Shown here piece after piece: positions 18,799 through 27,677 of a DNA stretch of 64,000 bases. Below the pieces are notes generated by a model, which did not search any database, had not been told where the DNA came from, and was given only the letters and a program-made list of their open reading frames with translations. The DNA is from Candidatus Bathyarchaeota archaeon (GTDB lineage Archaea > Thermoproteota > Bathyarchaeia > Bathyarchaeales > Bathycorpusculaceae). A program made the position numbers and the translations under genes. Position 1 is the first letter of the stretch. Each line of letters begins with the position of its first letter. Location: assembly GCA_963775465.1 (NCBI GenBank), contig CAVZIW010000001.1, positions 96,001-160,000 of the forward strand, in the 5' to 3' direction.

Positions 18799-19908
18799 AT
18801 GGTAAATAGAGAATCTTTTTCACGTGCTAAAAAGAGTGCTAGTGAACATTACAATGCGGCTCTTGGTGCTATACTTCTTTTGGTAGTTGCGGTTACTCTC
18901 TTGATAGGTTTGCCTTCGTTTATTGATCCAGAATCAGCTGTGGGTCTGACTGTTACGGTTGTTTGTGGAGTAACGGCGCTGTTGGCCACTTTGGTTCTTA
19001 CTACTTTTATTTTAAGTTGCTTAGGCTTATCGAATAGGGATGAGGCACTTGGATTGCCAACGGGTAGCGTGCGAGCGATTATTGCTTTGAGTCTAATTCT
19101 AATCTTTTCTATCCTGAGTATTTTTATGTTTCAATATATGGATGATCCCGTGGTTACAACAACAATTAATACTGTCACAACTAATAATTCTACAATTGGT
19201 CAAGAAATAATCACAAACCAGACAGATGTAATCAAGGGGACTTCACAAGCTGTAGTTGACTTTTCTAAGCAAACGTTAACAACTGTTGGAACCTTGGTTG
19301 TTGCTATTGCGGCTTTCTATTTTGGAACAAGATCTGTTCAGGTTGCTCAAGGTTCGACAGAAAAAACTGAATTATTCATTGATCCTTCAGGAACAAAAGA
19401 ATTAGTAATAGATTCTGATAATAAACTAACACCACTTACCATTTTAATAAAGCCTACTCCAGATGACGCGGCAGTTAGTTACAAAGTAGTTGACGATGAG
19501 TATAAATCGCTACAGCGTGAGAGTTCAAACAGGTATATTTATACCCCCACTACTGCAGAGGCGAAAGATGTTACTTTAACTTTCGAAATGCCAGCTTACT
19601 CTGATGTCGCGGCTAAAGAGCTCAAAGTGAAAATTGTCAAACCTGAGCTATCTATCGAACCTTCTACAGACAAGGAAATAACAAAAGGTGCCAGTATATC
19701 TTTTGAAGCTAAACCTTCGCCTAAAGACACGGATGTTGAATGCACTTTGGCTGGCGATGATAAAGGCTCAGTGAAGCAAGATCCTAAGAACAAATTTACC
19801 TATACATCTGCAATTGACGAAGGCAAAGAGGCTACTTTAACTTTCAAAATGTCTAAGTACCCCAATGTCGCGGCTAAAGAGCTCAAAGTGAAAATTGTCA
19901 AAAAGTAG
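18799..19908 (+). CDS. Multi-pass membrane protein with two C-terminal beta-rich (Ig-like) repeats
   Basis: About four hydrophobic helices, LGLPTGSVRAIIAL and AIAAFYFG, then two ~88-aa repeats each ending VAAKELKVKIVK. Confidence 0.75.
   Translation: MVNRESFSRAKKSASEHYNAALGAILLLVVAVTLLIGLPSFIDPESAVGLTVTVVCGVTALLATLVLTTFILSCLGLSNRDEALGLPTGSVRAIIALSLILIFSILSIFMFQYMDDPVVTTTINTVTTNNSTIGQEIITNQTDVIKGTSQAVVDFSKQTLTTVGTLVVAIAAFYFGTRSVQVAQGSTEKTELFIDPSGTKELVIDSDNKLTPLTILIKPTPDDAAVSYKVVDDEYKSLQRESSNRYIYTPTTAEAKDVTLTFEMPAYSDVAAKELKVKIVKPELSIEPSTDKEITKGASISFEAKPSPKDTDVECTLAGDDKGSVKQDPKNKFTYTSAIDEGKEATLTFKMSKYPNVAAKELKVKIVKK
19604..19902 (+). repeat. 38-bp perfect intragenic direct repeat
   Basis: ATGTCGCGGCTAAAGAGCTCAAAGTGAAAATTGTCAAA at 19604-19641 and 19865-19902. 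Confidence 0.9.
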
Positions 19909-20057
19909 GTTGCAGAGGTAATATTAATTGACAAGCTAACTCCATCCTTTTTTTATTATCATTTCTTAATTTTCTTTAAAGAGGTTATAGACTCAGCAAA
20001 TATTTACTTATACTTCTTTTTAGCAAAGAACCTTGCAAAGAACCTATCAAATCGCAG

Positions 20058-20327
20058 CTATTCGAAGTCATTCTCAGCTCTGAATTTCTCCCATATATCC
20101 AGCATATCTACAAAACCGTAGAATAAACTAGGCAAAGTTCTAGGCGCATAAGCACCTAAAGAATCGAATGACAAAACAACATTGAAAAACAGATAATGGC
20201 TATTAAAACGATAGTAGATTGAAATGCTGTTAGTCAATCTTAATTTGTGGTATCCTTTGGAATGAGCGGGAGTCACCCAATCTCTGTCATCAACCAAGCT
20301 ATCGCTTTCGACGTTATCCAAAATCAT
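20058..20327 (-). CDS. Hypothetical protein coupled to the rep 3' end
   Basis: ATG 20327 lies within the last codons of rep and is preceded by GAGGGG. Confidence 0.5.
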   Translation of the reverse strand: MILDNVESDSLVDDRDWVTPAHSKGYHKLRLTNSISIYYRFNSHYLFFNVVLSFDSLGAYAPRTLPSLFYGFVDMLDIWEKFRAENDFE

Positions 20328-21374
20328 GTTTTCCCCTCTCGACCCAAACGTCTCCTTGCCCCTCATTTATGTCACAAAATTCGCTTCTCTGATAGTCAAC
20401 GCTGTCTTTGCTGTAGATGAAACATCGATTGCCGAGATAGCGTAAGGGAACCAATTTTTTTTGACAAATAGGACAAAGCTCTTTGCGTTTTTGAATGGTG
20501 ACTTTTAGTTTGCGGTAGCTGCACGTTCCAAACCAAGTTGCAACGTGGAAGCGGACAACATTGCGTTTAACAGAAGCATGGTTCAGTTGATACCAAGCCG
20601 TTCCCATGATGGTTTTACGTTCATCTTTGACCTTTACGATATAACCATCTTTTTCAAACAATCGCCGAGTTCTTGCTTCAAATCCGTTACAACCCGCGCA
20701 AGTGATTATGCTTTTAGCGTTGAATTTCGGGCAATGGCGACATTGTCCGTAACCATTTAGGATAAAGCCAATACAGTGAAAGTGAGGACTCCAGTACCAG
20801 CCCTTCATGTTGCGGATTCCGTTATTGTAAACATCGTGGGCACGATATCTGAAACCATGAAAGATTAGTACACCACCGATAACGCCTCTCGATTTCAGGA
20901 TTTTTGAAGCTTTTAATCGTAATTGCTCAAAATCTAATCCATAATCAGTTTTGGGAATACTTACAATGATGTGTTCGGCAACACCAGAAGTCTTGGAAGC
21001 CTCACATATTCGCTGAGTTATTCTATCTGCTTCACGAACAGCCCAACCAGACTTAAACAGACTGGGCAAGTCGGTTTGTCACAGCTAGCATGAACCTTTC
21101 GAACAAACACCTTACCTTTATAGTTCATTCTGTCTAGCGTTGTCTTATTGTGTAATTCGGTATGAAGGCAACCCTTGAAACTGACAAATCGACCGCAGTT
21201 TGAGTTAGTTAGTTTTCCATGACCTACGAGTTCGAAATCGCCATAGACACCCCACTTCTGAAAACTCTCATCGTCGAGAGATTTCTCGAACTCTTGATAA
21301 GCCTTTTCTTCTTCGGATTTAACAAACAATGTTTTTTCATTTTTTCTCTTGCTAATATAATGAGGAAAACACAT
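20314..21374 (-). pseudogene. HUH-superfamily rolling-circle replication initiator (Zn-finger type), split by a 1-nt frameshift at ~21056
   Basis: Joined product: C..C.H and CDKPTCPVC Zn ligands, then (F)KSGWAVREA, motif I HIIVSIP, GGVLIFHGFR, motif II SPHFHCIG, motif III TAWYQLNH, WFG.CSY and CPIC. Adding one T (TGTTTAAG to TGTTTTAAG, minus strand) fuses ORFs 21018-21374 and 20314-21069. Confidence 0.8.
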
Positions 21375-21416
21375 AAATGGTAAAGTAAATTTGCCAGTAA
21401 AGGAGATTGAGTACTT

Positions 21417-21974
21417 GTGGAGAAATTTAAGGATGAATATTGTGAAAAAATTTTCGTAGTAATTTCAAACAATGATAACGAAGTTAGATTCAACGAATTA
21501 CACCGACAACTAGCCAAATATGGTGCAAAAATGTCAAAACCGACTTTGATTCAACATTTAAATCACCTTTTAGAAAAAGGAATTGTTCTACGCAAGGAAA
21601 CCGACAAACAAAATGTAACCTATGGAATAGATTGGAAAGAATACATTGAGGCGCAAAGAGTCAAGAAGTCTATGGAAAAAATGTCTAAGAGTAAAGAGAA
21701 TTTCAAGTTGGAAAGCATAAATAATCAAGTTATTTACGCCTGTGGTATGTTAACTTTGGGCGAGTTCTATTTTACTAAATTTGCTATTCTTGACCTTATT
21801 GAACCAGAAAAAAAGCTACAGCACTATATCTCTTATCAACTGATTCGAAGGATTTCTAGTATTTACTTTTCATGGCTTTTAGATACCTGCAAAGGTTCCC
21901 AAGAAAACAGTCAAAAAGCACTAAAATACATAGACAAACGCATCAAAGAAATTCACAAAGCTCTTTCAGGATAG
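21417..21974 (+). CDS. Winged-helix transcription regulator divergent from rep
   Basis: N-terminal wHTH VRFNELHRQL...MSKPTLIQHLNHLLEKGIVLR...VTY. Confidence 0.8.
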   Translation: MEKFKDEYCEKIFVVISNNDNEVRFNELHRQLAKYGAKMSKPTLIQHLNHLLEKGIVLRKETDKQNVTYGIDWKEYIEAQRVKKSMEKMSKSKENFKLESINNQVIYACGMLTLGEFYFTKFAILDLIEPEKKLQHYISYQLIRRISSIYFSWLLDTCKGSQENSQKALKYIDKRIKEIHKALSG

Positions 21975-22174
21975 TAAACATAAAAAACATACTTGGTAGA
22001 ATAAGGGAGTAACATCGCTAACGGCTCCCTCTTCTTCAGCCATGGCGTATTTGCCCTTTAAAAATAGACCGCTTTTTTATAAAAAGCTAAGCAAAAATGA
22101 ATTACTCTATGTTTGCACAAGAGTAATCAGAAAGCCTTGTTTTTTGGCACCCCAAGACCCAAAAAACCGCCAAT

Positions 22175-22357
22175 TTAACAGCTAATATGATGTTGCCCTT
22201 TTAGCAATCCTCTATGCCTTGCAGAACAACGCCTGCATCTTTTTTGACCCGTTGGAATTTTCCGCCATTCAGGAGTCTTGGCGCGTGCCTTAAGCTTCCC
22301 ATTACAGTCACAACAGTGATATTTTACTGGTCTATCCCTAATTCCAAAAATCTGCAA
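22175..22357 (-). CDS. Small putative Zn-finger protein or remnant
   Basis: CCDC...CRRC in a basic 60-aa ORF inside the element. Confidence 0.4.
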   Translation of the reverse strand: MQIFGIRDRPVKYHCCDCNGKLKARAKTPEWRKIPTGQKRCRRCSARHRGLLKGQHHISC

Positions 22358-22428
22358 GAATTAATCACTTTAAAACTAATCTTTCTGCTTTTAACTCTGT
22401 CTTATCAGTCTCATATTAATGTTTATGA

Positions 22429-22501
22429 AGCAAGACACCTCGCCTAGCGGATGACCCCATCCTAAAGGATACCTCCCCGCAGGCAAGGGCTCTGTCTTGC
22501 T
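22429..22501. repeat. Nested GC-rich stem-loop, partly repeated at 26001-26049 (candidate origin or ncRNA)
   Basis: Outer arms AGCAAGACA/TGTCTTGCT, middle arms CCTCGCCTAGCGG/CCGCAGGCAAGG, inner hairpin ATCC-TAAA-GGAT. Confidence 0.7.
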
Positions 22502-22719
22502 AAATAAACAAATAAACGAAAAAGAGAAGTATCGGTTTCTTATTATTTGATTAGCTCTTATTGATCTGATTTTGGAGTTGAGAGTGAGTTCCTAAATATT
22601 ATATTGTAGAAAAAACAGTTCAACAATACATTGAACAATTGCGGGGCTGTGTGCTAAAGGAAGGTAGTTACTGTTGGCGGCAATGTCCCCTAAATATTTG
22701 GATAAAAAATTAGTGAGTA

Positions 22720-23064
22720 TTGATGCTTTTGAAAATGAATTCAGCCGTGGAAAAGAGCTACACTCTTATTATTAGAGTGGTTAATTTTAAAGAAAACAAA
22801 CCAATTGAAAATGTTAACGTGACAGTTTTCAGATTAGAACAGGAATCAATAACTCTTAATCAGTGGACTGAAAATCTCAAAAATGGAACTCCATTTAAAA
22901 GGTTGATTTTTTCGATGAATACCGATAATAATGGCATGGTGACCGCTGAGGTTTCAGAAGGTATTTATGAAGCTAAAATCGAAAAATATGGTTTAACTAA
23001 AATTTGTGAGATAACGCAAAACGATGAAATTGTTTTTGTTGAACCAAAAAAGCATTGGTGGTGA
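22720..23064 (+). CDS. Small beta-sandwich protein (carboxypeptidase-regulatory-like)
   Basis: KPIENVNVTV...TDNNG.V...EG.YE.KIEKYG pattern. Confidence 0.6.
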   Translation: MMLLKMNSAVEKSYTLIIRVVNFKENKPIENVNVTVFRLEQESITLNQWTENLKNGTPFKRLIFSMNTDNNGMVTAEVSEGIYEAKIEKYGLTKICEITQNDEIVFVEPKKHWW

Positions 23065-23129
23065 TAGTGAAGAGTGCGCCCGCACTGAATTGCATATTTA
23101 GAAGAAATTCATTAAGAAATCAGAAACAG

Positions 23130-23348
23130 CTATTGTTTGAAAATTACCAGATATTTTCTTTCTATATCTTCTACTATGGTTAATCCATGCTTTTTCGCAT
23201 GAGCTTCTATTCCTGATTTGTTATAATCGCACTTTATTTGAATCTGATAATGGCTAGGAACTCTTTCACATATGTTTACGTATGACGGTTCAACTAAATC
23301 TTTTGACACTAATTCTTTTAGAATAGCCATGGCTTGCTCTCTATTCAA
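23130..23348 (-). CDS. Small hypothetical protein
   Basis: 72-aa ORF with TTG start and protein-like composition. Confidence 0.55.
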   Translation of the reverse strand: MNREQAMAILKELVSKDLVEPSYVNICERVPSHYQIQIKCDYNKSGIEAHAKKHGLTIVEDIERKYLVIFKQ

Positions 23349-23783
23349 ATCTAAATACCCACAAAGAATTTAGTTATTTCAAGTAGGCTAAATATTTTTC
23401 CATAGAGAAAGCATAGACAGAACTATCAAAAAATGACCTAATATGTTACTTTAAAGCCTGTTTCGCAGTTCTTACACGTATACTGTTCAACGCGGAAAAC
23501 ATTGCAACTTAGAAATTTGTCAGGGTTGGAAACGTTTTTTCCGCAATTAGGACATTTAGCCACATGCAGCCCTCGAGCATAAACTAGTACTTTTGAAAAA
23601 AGACTTAAGAAGATTTGTGATTACATCAAGGTACAATAGCCATTCCAAAGTTTTCCATAAACACGCGCTAAAAAACAAGTAGTCCTATCAGTAAAGGAAC
23701 CTTGGCTAAAGCAAGTCAGCATTACGCGAAAAGGAATAGACAAGATAACATATATATTTAGAACAAATCAAAATAGTTGTTGA

Positions 23784-24080
23784 GTGAATTATATGATAAA
23801 TTTTGAAGAAATTATGGGGTTACAGGTGGTAACTTCGGAGGCAAATATTATTGGAGTAGTAGAAGGCGCAAAAGTTGACACCGCAACTTGGATGATAAAG
23901 TTTTTGAACGTGAAACTTACTGGTGAGGCTGCCGATAATCTCGGAAAGAAGAAGAGATTCAGAAGTACCAAAATATGCATTCCAGTTGGCATGGTTCAAG
24001 CAGTTGGGAATATAGTAACCATCTCAAGGTCGATAGAAGAGTTGGAAAGCTCTCAGGAAATTACAGAATGCACAAAATAA
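23784..24080 (+). CDS. PRC-barrel domain protein
   Basis: IMGLQVVTSEANIIGVVEG..VDT.TW.I..L.V...IP...V.AVGNIVTI. Confidence 0.85.
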   Translation: MNYMINFEEIMGLQVVTSEANIIGVVEGAKVDTATWMIKFLNVKLTGEAADNLGKKKRFRSTKICIPVGMVQAVGNIVTISRSIEELESSQEITECTK

Positions 24081-24233
24081 AATGAACTAAGATCTTAAGC
24101 ACTGAGACAAGATAGTCTCATATTAGAAACTAAGAGCTTGCTTCAGAATAACCCAACATCTTTGGGGTTTTCTCGCAAATGAGGACTTTGAATTGCCGAC
24201 ACAATTTACCTGCTATGTGTAAGAGAGTTGATT

Positions 24234-24734
24234 TTAGAGAATGTGCATAGTGATGAGAACATGAAATATTATCACCAAGAAAAACACCATGACCAAGCTG
24301 GCGTGAATAAACTTGTTAGTTTTATGGTCAATTTGCTTTATTAACGGGAATCTCTCAGCGAAACCTGATATTACTTCTAATGTCATGGAAATGTAAATAG
24401 CTAAACCCGTTCCTAAAGACGGATAGAAGAATATGGATCTTCCTAGTTGACCCGAAAAATGAATTGAGACTAAAGAGAAGAATAGAAGATTACCGAATAT
24501 GTGGTACCTAAGAAGGCCTTTGTACTTTTGAGGATAATAACGCTTTAAAACTACGAATGCTGGGGTACTGATGGCGATGTAACTTGTTCCAATTATGGCA
24601 AGCCAGTGACTGAAACGAAGAGGACCAACAAAGAAGCTTACGTTAATCCAATGTAGGAAGGCTGCGACCATGAGCAAGGCTGTTACTATGATAAATAGTA
24701 ACGCCAGCAGAAATTCTGAGTTTTTAAAGTCCAA
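24234..24734 (-). CDS. Membrane protein with conserved His residues (cytochrome b561 / ferric-reductase-TM-like)
   Basis: About five TM helices with His at FSHW, RYHIFG, SIHF, FIHA and IFHV; paralog at 29835-30365. Confidence 0.65.
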   Translation of the reverse strand: MDFKNSEFLLALLFIIVTALLMVAAFLHWINVSFFVGPLRFSHWLAIIGTSYIAISTPAFVVLKRYYPQKYKGLLRYHIFGNLLFFSLVSIHFSGQLGRSIFFYPSLGTGLAIYISMTLEVISGFAERFPLIKQIDHKTNKFIHASLVMVFFLVIIFHVLITMHIL

Positions 24735-24859
24735 TAAAAATCCTCTTCCTTAAAGTATTGATAACTAAATATAAGAATTACTTAAGGCAGCTTAACTTCA
24801 AATTCTCCTTTCGATGGACTCTAATAAATAGATGACGCGCACTAAAGGAAAACTAAAAG

Positions 24860-24866
24860 TTTATAA
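24860..24866 (+). promoter_or_regulatory. TATA box upstream of the putative int(N) fragment
   Basis: AAAAGTTTATAA with a purine-rich BRE-like flank, ~35 nt upstream of ATG 24899. Confidence 0.5.
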
Positions 24867-24898
24867 CTAGATAGCGACATAAAGACACAGAGATCAAC

Positions 24899-25057
24899 AT
24901 GAGCGATAATAGAAGAAAATTACTAAGCCCAAGGCGGGTTACGTCCAATACACCAGCCCGCATATACAACAGAAGGTATCTGAAGTAACAAAAGACAGCC
25001 CTTCTGTTATACATGCCAATTCTTAATCTTTGAAATATTGGAAAAAGGAATTAGCAA
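24899..25057 (+). pseudogene. int(N) fragment (MSDNRRKLLSP...) running into attR, followed by the dead 5' part of a second, older integrase
   Basis: 24931-25057 is 112/127 nt identical to 16373-16499 and translates KAGYVQYTSPHIQQKVSEVTKDSPSVIHANS*..LKYWKKELA versus KAGYGQYTSPRIQQKIAEITNNSPSVIYANSNALEYWKKELA. Confidence 0.75.
24931..24959 (+). repeat. attR core of element 1 (also left junction of element 2)
   Basis: AAGGCGGGTTACGTCCAATACACCAGCCC, one mismatch to the rnpB 3' end. Confidence 0.9.
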
Positions 25058-25125
25058 GTAGTGATGATAATCTCCAAAGGTTTACTTCTCTCCTGCTCGC
25101 GCTTATCGCCTGTTTAAATATCTGC

Positions 25126-25440
25126 TTATGGATTAAAATTTACAGTGTCAATTCTGTGATGTTCCACTTCAGGTTGCCTTTCAAAAAAAGGAGTAACTTT
25201 GTCCATTGTGGAAGAAAATAACTCTTCTGATTCTAAAAATGACTCGTTGTCTTCCCACATCGTTATAATTAAAGCAACGTCGTCATTGTCACATGAAAAT
25301 GATGATACATAACCTCGATACCCCTTTGCGCTTCGTACAAGTTTGTTTAAGATAAGGTCTAACTCAGCAAAGCCTTCTTCGCGTTTTCCAGATTTAAAGA
25401 AAAACTTTGCTATTCTTGCGACAACCAATTCATACACCAA
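25126..25440 (-). CDS. ABM-family (antibiotic biosynthesis monooxygenase-like) dimeric alpha-beta barrel protein
   Basis: ARI..F..K.GK.EE...AKGYRG...A.IITMWE..E pattern. Confidence 0.75.
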   Translation of the reverse strand: MVYELVVARIAKFFFKSGKREEGFAELDLILNKLVRSAKGYRGYVSSFSCDNDDVALIITMWEDNESFLESEELFSSTMDKVTPFFERQPEVEHHRIDTVNFNP

Positions 25441-25625
25441 GATTAGATTATTTTTTTATAGATTTAACTTTTTGCAAATCTTTAACTTCGATAAGTCTGA
25501 GGGTTCCACCCTCTTTTGTCGCCAAACATTTTGAGTACCATCCAATGATTAAAATTTGACGAAAAATAGATCTACATCTCTTATAGCGTTGCCACTTACC
25601 TATTCTTCTCAAAACTTGTAAAGCA

Positions 25626-25856
25626 CTATGTTTTAAATGACCTAAAGTTTCGGTATCCCTTTTTTTCCATTTCAGCTAAGAAACCTTCACTCTCAGATTC
25701 GGGCAAAAGAGGACAAATGCTAAACTGTACTTTACCATTTTGATGTTGCTCTTCAGTGGTTTCATCAAAAACACATCTTTTATTTCCTTCAATTAGAAGA
25801 ATACACTTAGCATTATTATCGAAGTTACAGCATATTTTACGACCAAATTTGCCCAA
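25626..25856 (-). CDS. Small Cys-containing hypothetical protein
   Basis: 76-aa ORF with five Cys and RBS-like GAAGGTGG before the TTG. Confidence 0.5.
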   Translation of the reverse strand: MGKFGRKICCNFDNNAKCILLIEGNKRCVFDETTEEQHQNGKVQFSICPLLPESESEGFLAEMEKKGYRNFRSFKT

Positions 25857-26000
25857 AATTCCACCTTCATAGTTCTGAATGATATAGAGCCTTGGAGTAA
25901 AAATATTATACGCTAATCTTTCGCGTCGCTCCCGCTCCGCTTTTTGCCTTGCGCTTTTAAATACAGGCTAAACGGTTAAAGCGACTCGGTTGTGGTGGCA

Positions 26001-26049
26001 GATGACCCTCCCTAAAGGATACCCTCCCCGCAAGCAAGGGTTTTGTCTT
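26001..26049. repeat. Second copy of the 22450-22498 motif
   Basis: GATGACCCTCCCTAAAGGATACCCTCCCCGCAAGCAAGGGTTTTGTCTT versus GATGACCCCATCCTAAAGGATACCTCCCCGCAGGCAAGGGCTCTGTCTT. Confidence 0.85.
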
Positions 26050-26064
26050 ACAACATCATATTGG

Positions 26065-26984
26065 CTAAAGAAATTCGGCATTTTTCGGTTCAATTTGTAT
26101 TGTCGTATGTTCGATACCAAATTTATCGTTTAATAACTTGTTTATTCTTTGGATAATTTCACTCACATCTTCGCTACTATGTATAGTCGCTTCTATATGT
26201 GCGGTTAAGGAATACATTCCAGAAGTTATTTCCCATATATGCATGTCATTAATTGCCGATTTACTTCAGGGATATTTTTCTTAATTTCCTCTGTAACAAC
26301 ATTTGCGTTAATTCCTTTAGGGGAAGTCTCCATTAGAACATTAATGGAGTCTTGCATTAATCCGAAAGCCCAAATAAAGATTAGCACTGAAATCCCAATG
26401 CCCAATAATGGGTCAATTATATACCAACCAGTTAAAGAAACAACGATTGCGCCAATTATGATAAACACAGAGGAGGCTGTATCAGCAAACATGTGAAGAA
26501 ACGCACCTTTAACATTTAGGTCGTTCTTAATGCTTTTTCGCAGAATTAGTATGCTAAATCCATTTGCAGCCAATCCCGCCAAAGCAACGAGAAACATTTC
26601 AAAGCCTAAAACAGGCTGAGGATTTAGTAACCGTTCTATCCCCTGAAAAAATATGTATGCAGTTACCCCGAAGAGGAAAATGCTGTTAAATAAAGCTGCC
26701 AAAATTTCTGCTCTGTAATACCCGAATGTTCGATGATGACATGGTTCTCTGCAGGAAATCATGATCGCTGCAAAACTGATTATCAGGGCAAATAAATGGG
26801 TAAACATGTGACTTGCATCGCTGATTAACGCTAAGCTACCAGATAGTATACTTCCAACAACTTCGATTACCATAACCGACGCTGTAACAACCATAGAAAG
26901 AATTAATCGATTCTTAGTAACGTTCTTATACTCATGAATATCGGACAAAGTATCCATTTTCGGTCTATGATTGTGTTTCATCAA
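26065..26984 (-). pseudogene. CDF-family (CzcD/ZitB) metal efflux transporter, frameshifted at ~26260
   Basis: SLALISDASHM, TFGYYRAEILAA and AFLHMFAD. The C-terminal domain (INDMHIWEITSG..LTAHI...KFGIEHTTIQIE) continues in another frame to the stop at 26065. Confidence 0.85.
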
Positions 26985-27122
26985 TCTGCTCTCAGGGTAA
27001 AAAGGTAATTCTTACTTTTTAACCATAACATCATTAAATGTATTTCCAAGAGTTGTAAAGATAGATCGCTGAATTAGATAGCCAAAATGGAAAAAATGCC
27101 TGTTGAGAATTTTTCTTTCGTC

Positions 27123-27677
27123 TTAAAGCAAATGTTCTATCAAGATGCGAATCCCTATTACTATAAGGATGACACCTCCGAGTATCTCAATTTTCTGGCC
27201 AAAAAGTTTGCCTAAACCGCTACCAAAGATGAACCCCACAAATGAAAGTAGAAAGGTCACTGCACCGATAAGGGCGATTGGTAGCGCAATAGAGATTTCT
27301 AAAAAAGCAAAACTAAAACCAACCATTAAAGCGTCAATACTAGTAGCAACTGCTAAAACAAACACTGAAGATAATTTAATACTATCTTCTTTTTTATTGT
27401 CTCCATTTTTTAAAGATTCATAAATCATTTTTACACCGATAAAACCCAGTAACCCAAACGCTATCCAATGATCGATGCCGACTATAACATCTTTAAAACT
27501 TAATCCTGCAACCCACCCGATAACCGGCATTATCATTTGGAAGCCGCCAAACAATGAAGCTAATAATATAGCTGATTTGCGTCTATCCTTTTTGAAAGTT
27601 ATTCCCTTTGCTATTGAAGCAGCGAAAGCATCCATTGCTAAGCCTAAGGCAATCAGGAATATAGTAAGTATATCCAC
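27123..27677 (-). CDS. mntP: Manganese efflux pump MntP family
   Basis: IALGLAMDAFA, FQMIMP, DHWIAF, ATSIDAL and EILGG.IL. Confidence 0.92.
   Translation of the reverse strand: MDILTIFLIALGLAMDAFAASIAKGITFKKDRRKSAILLASLFGGFQMIMPVIGWVAGLSFKDVIVGIDHWIAFGLLGFIGVKMIYESLKNGDNKKEDSIKLSSVFVLAVATSIDALMVGFSFAFLEISIALPIALIGAVTFLLSFVGFIFGSGLGKLFGQKIEILGGVILIVIGIRILIEHLL

Larger units (their letters stand above)
16373..24959 (+). mobile_element. ~8.6 kb integrated plasmid-like element inserted in the 3' end of rnpB (tyrosine integrase + HUH rolling-circle Rep)
   Basis: Bounded by a 29-nt direct repeat of the rnpB 3' end (16373-16401 vs 24931-24959, 28/29 identical). The integrase lies next to the left repeat; Rep, wHTH and cargo genes lie inside. 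Confidence 0.85.

Noticed and set aside
22429-22501. Hammerhead or other known self-cleaving ribozyme
   Set aside because: No CTGATGA/GAAA core on either strand; left as an unassigned structure.
16373-24959. Calling the element a complete provirus
   Set aside because: No recognisable capsid, packaging ATPase or structural gene cluster; only int, Rep, a regulator and cargo.
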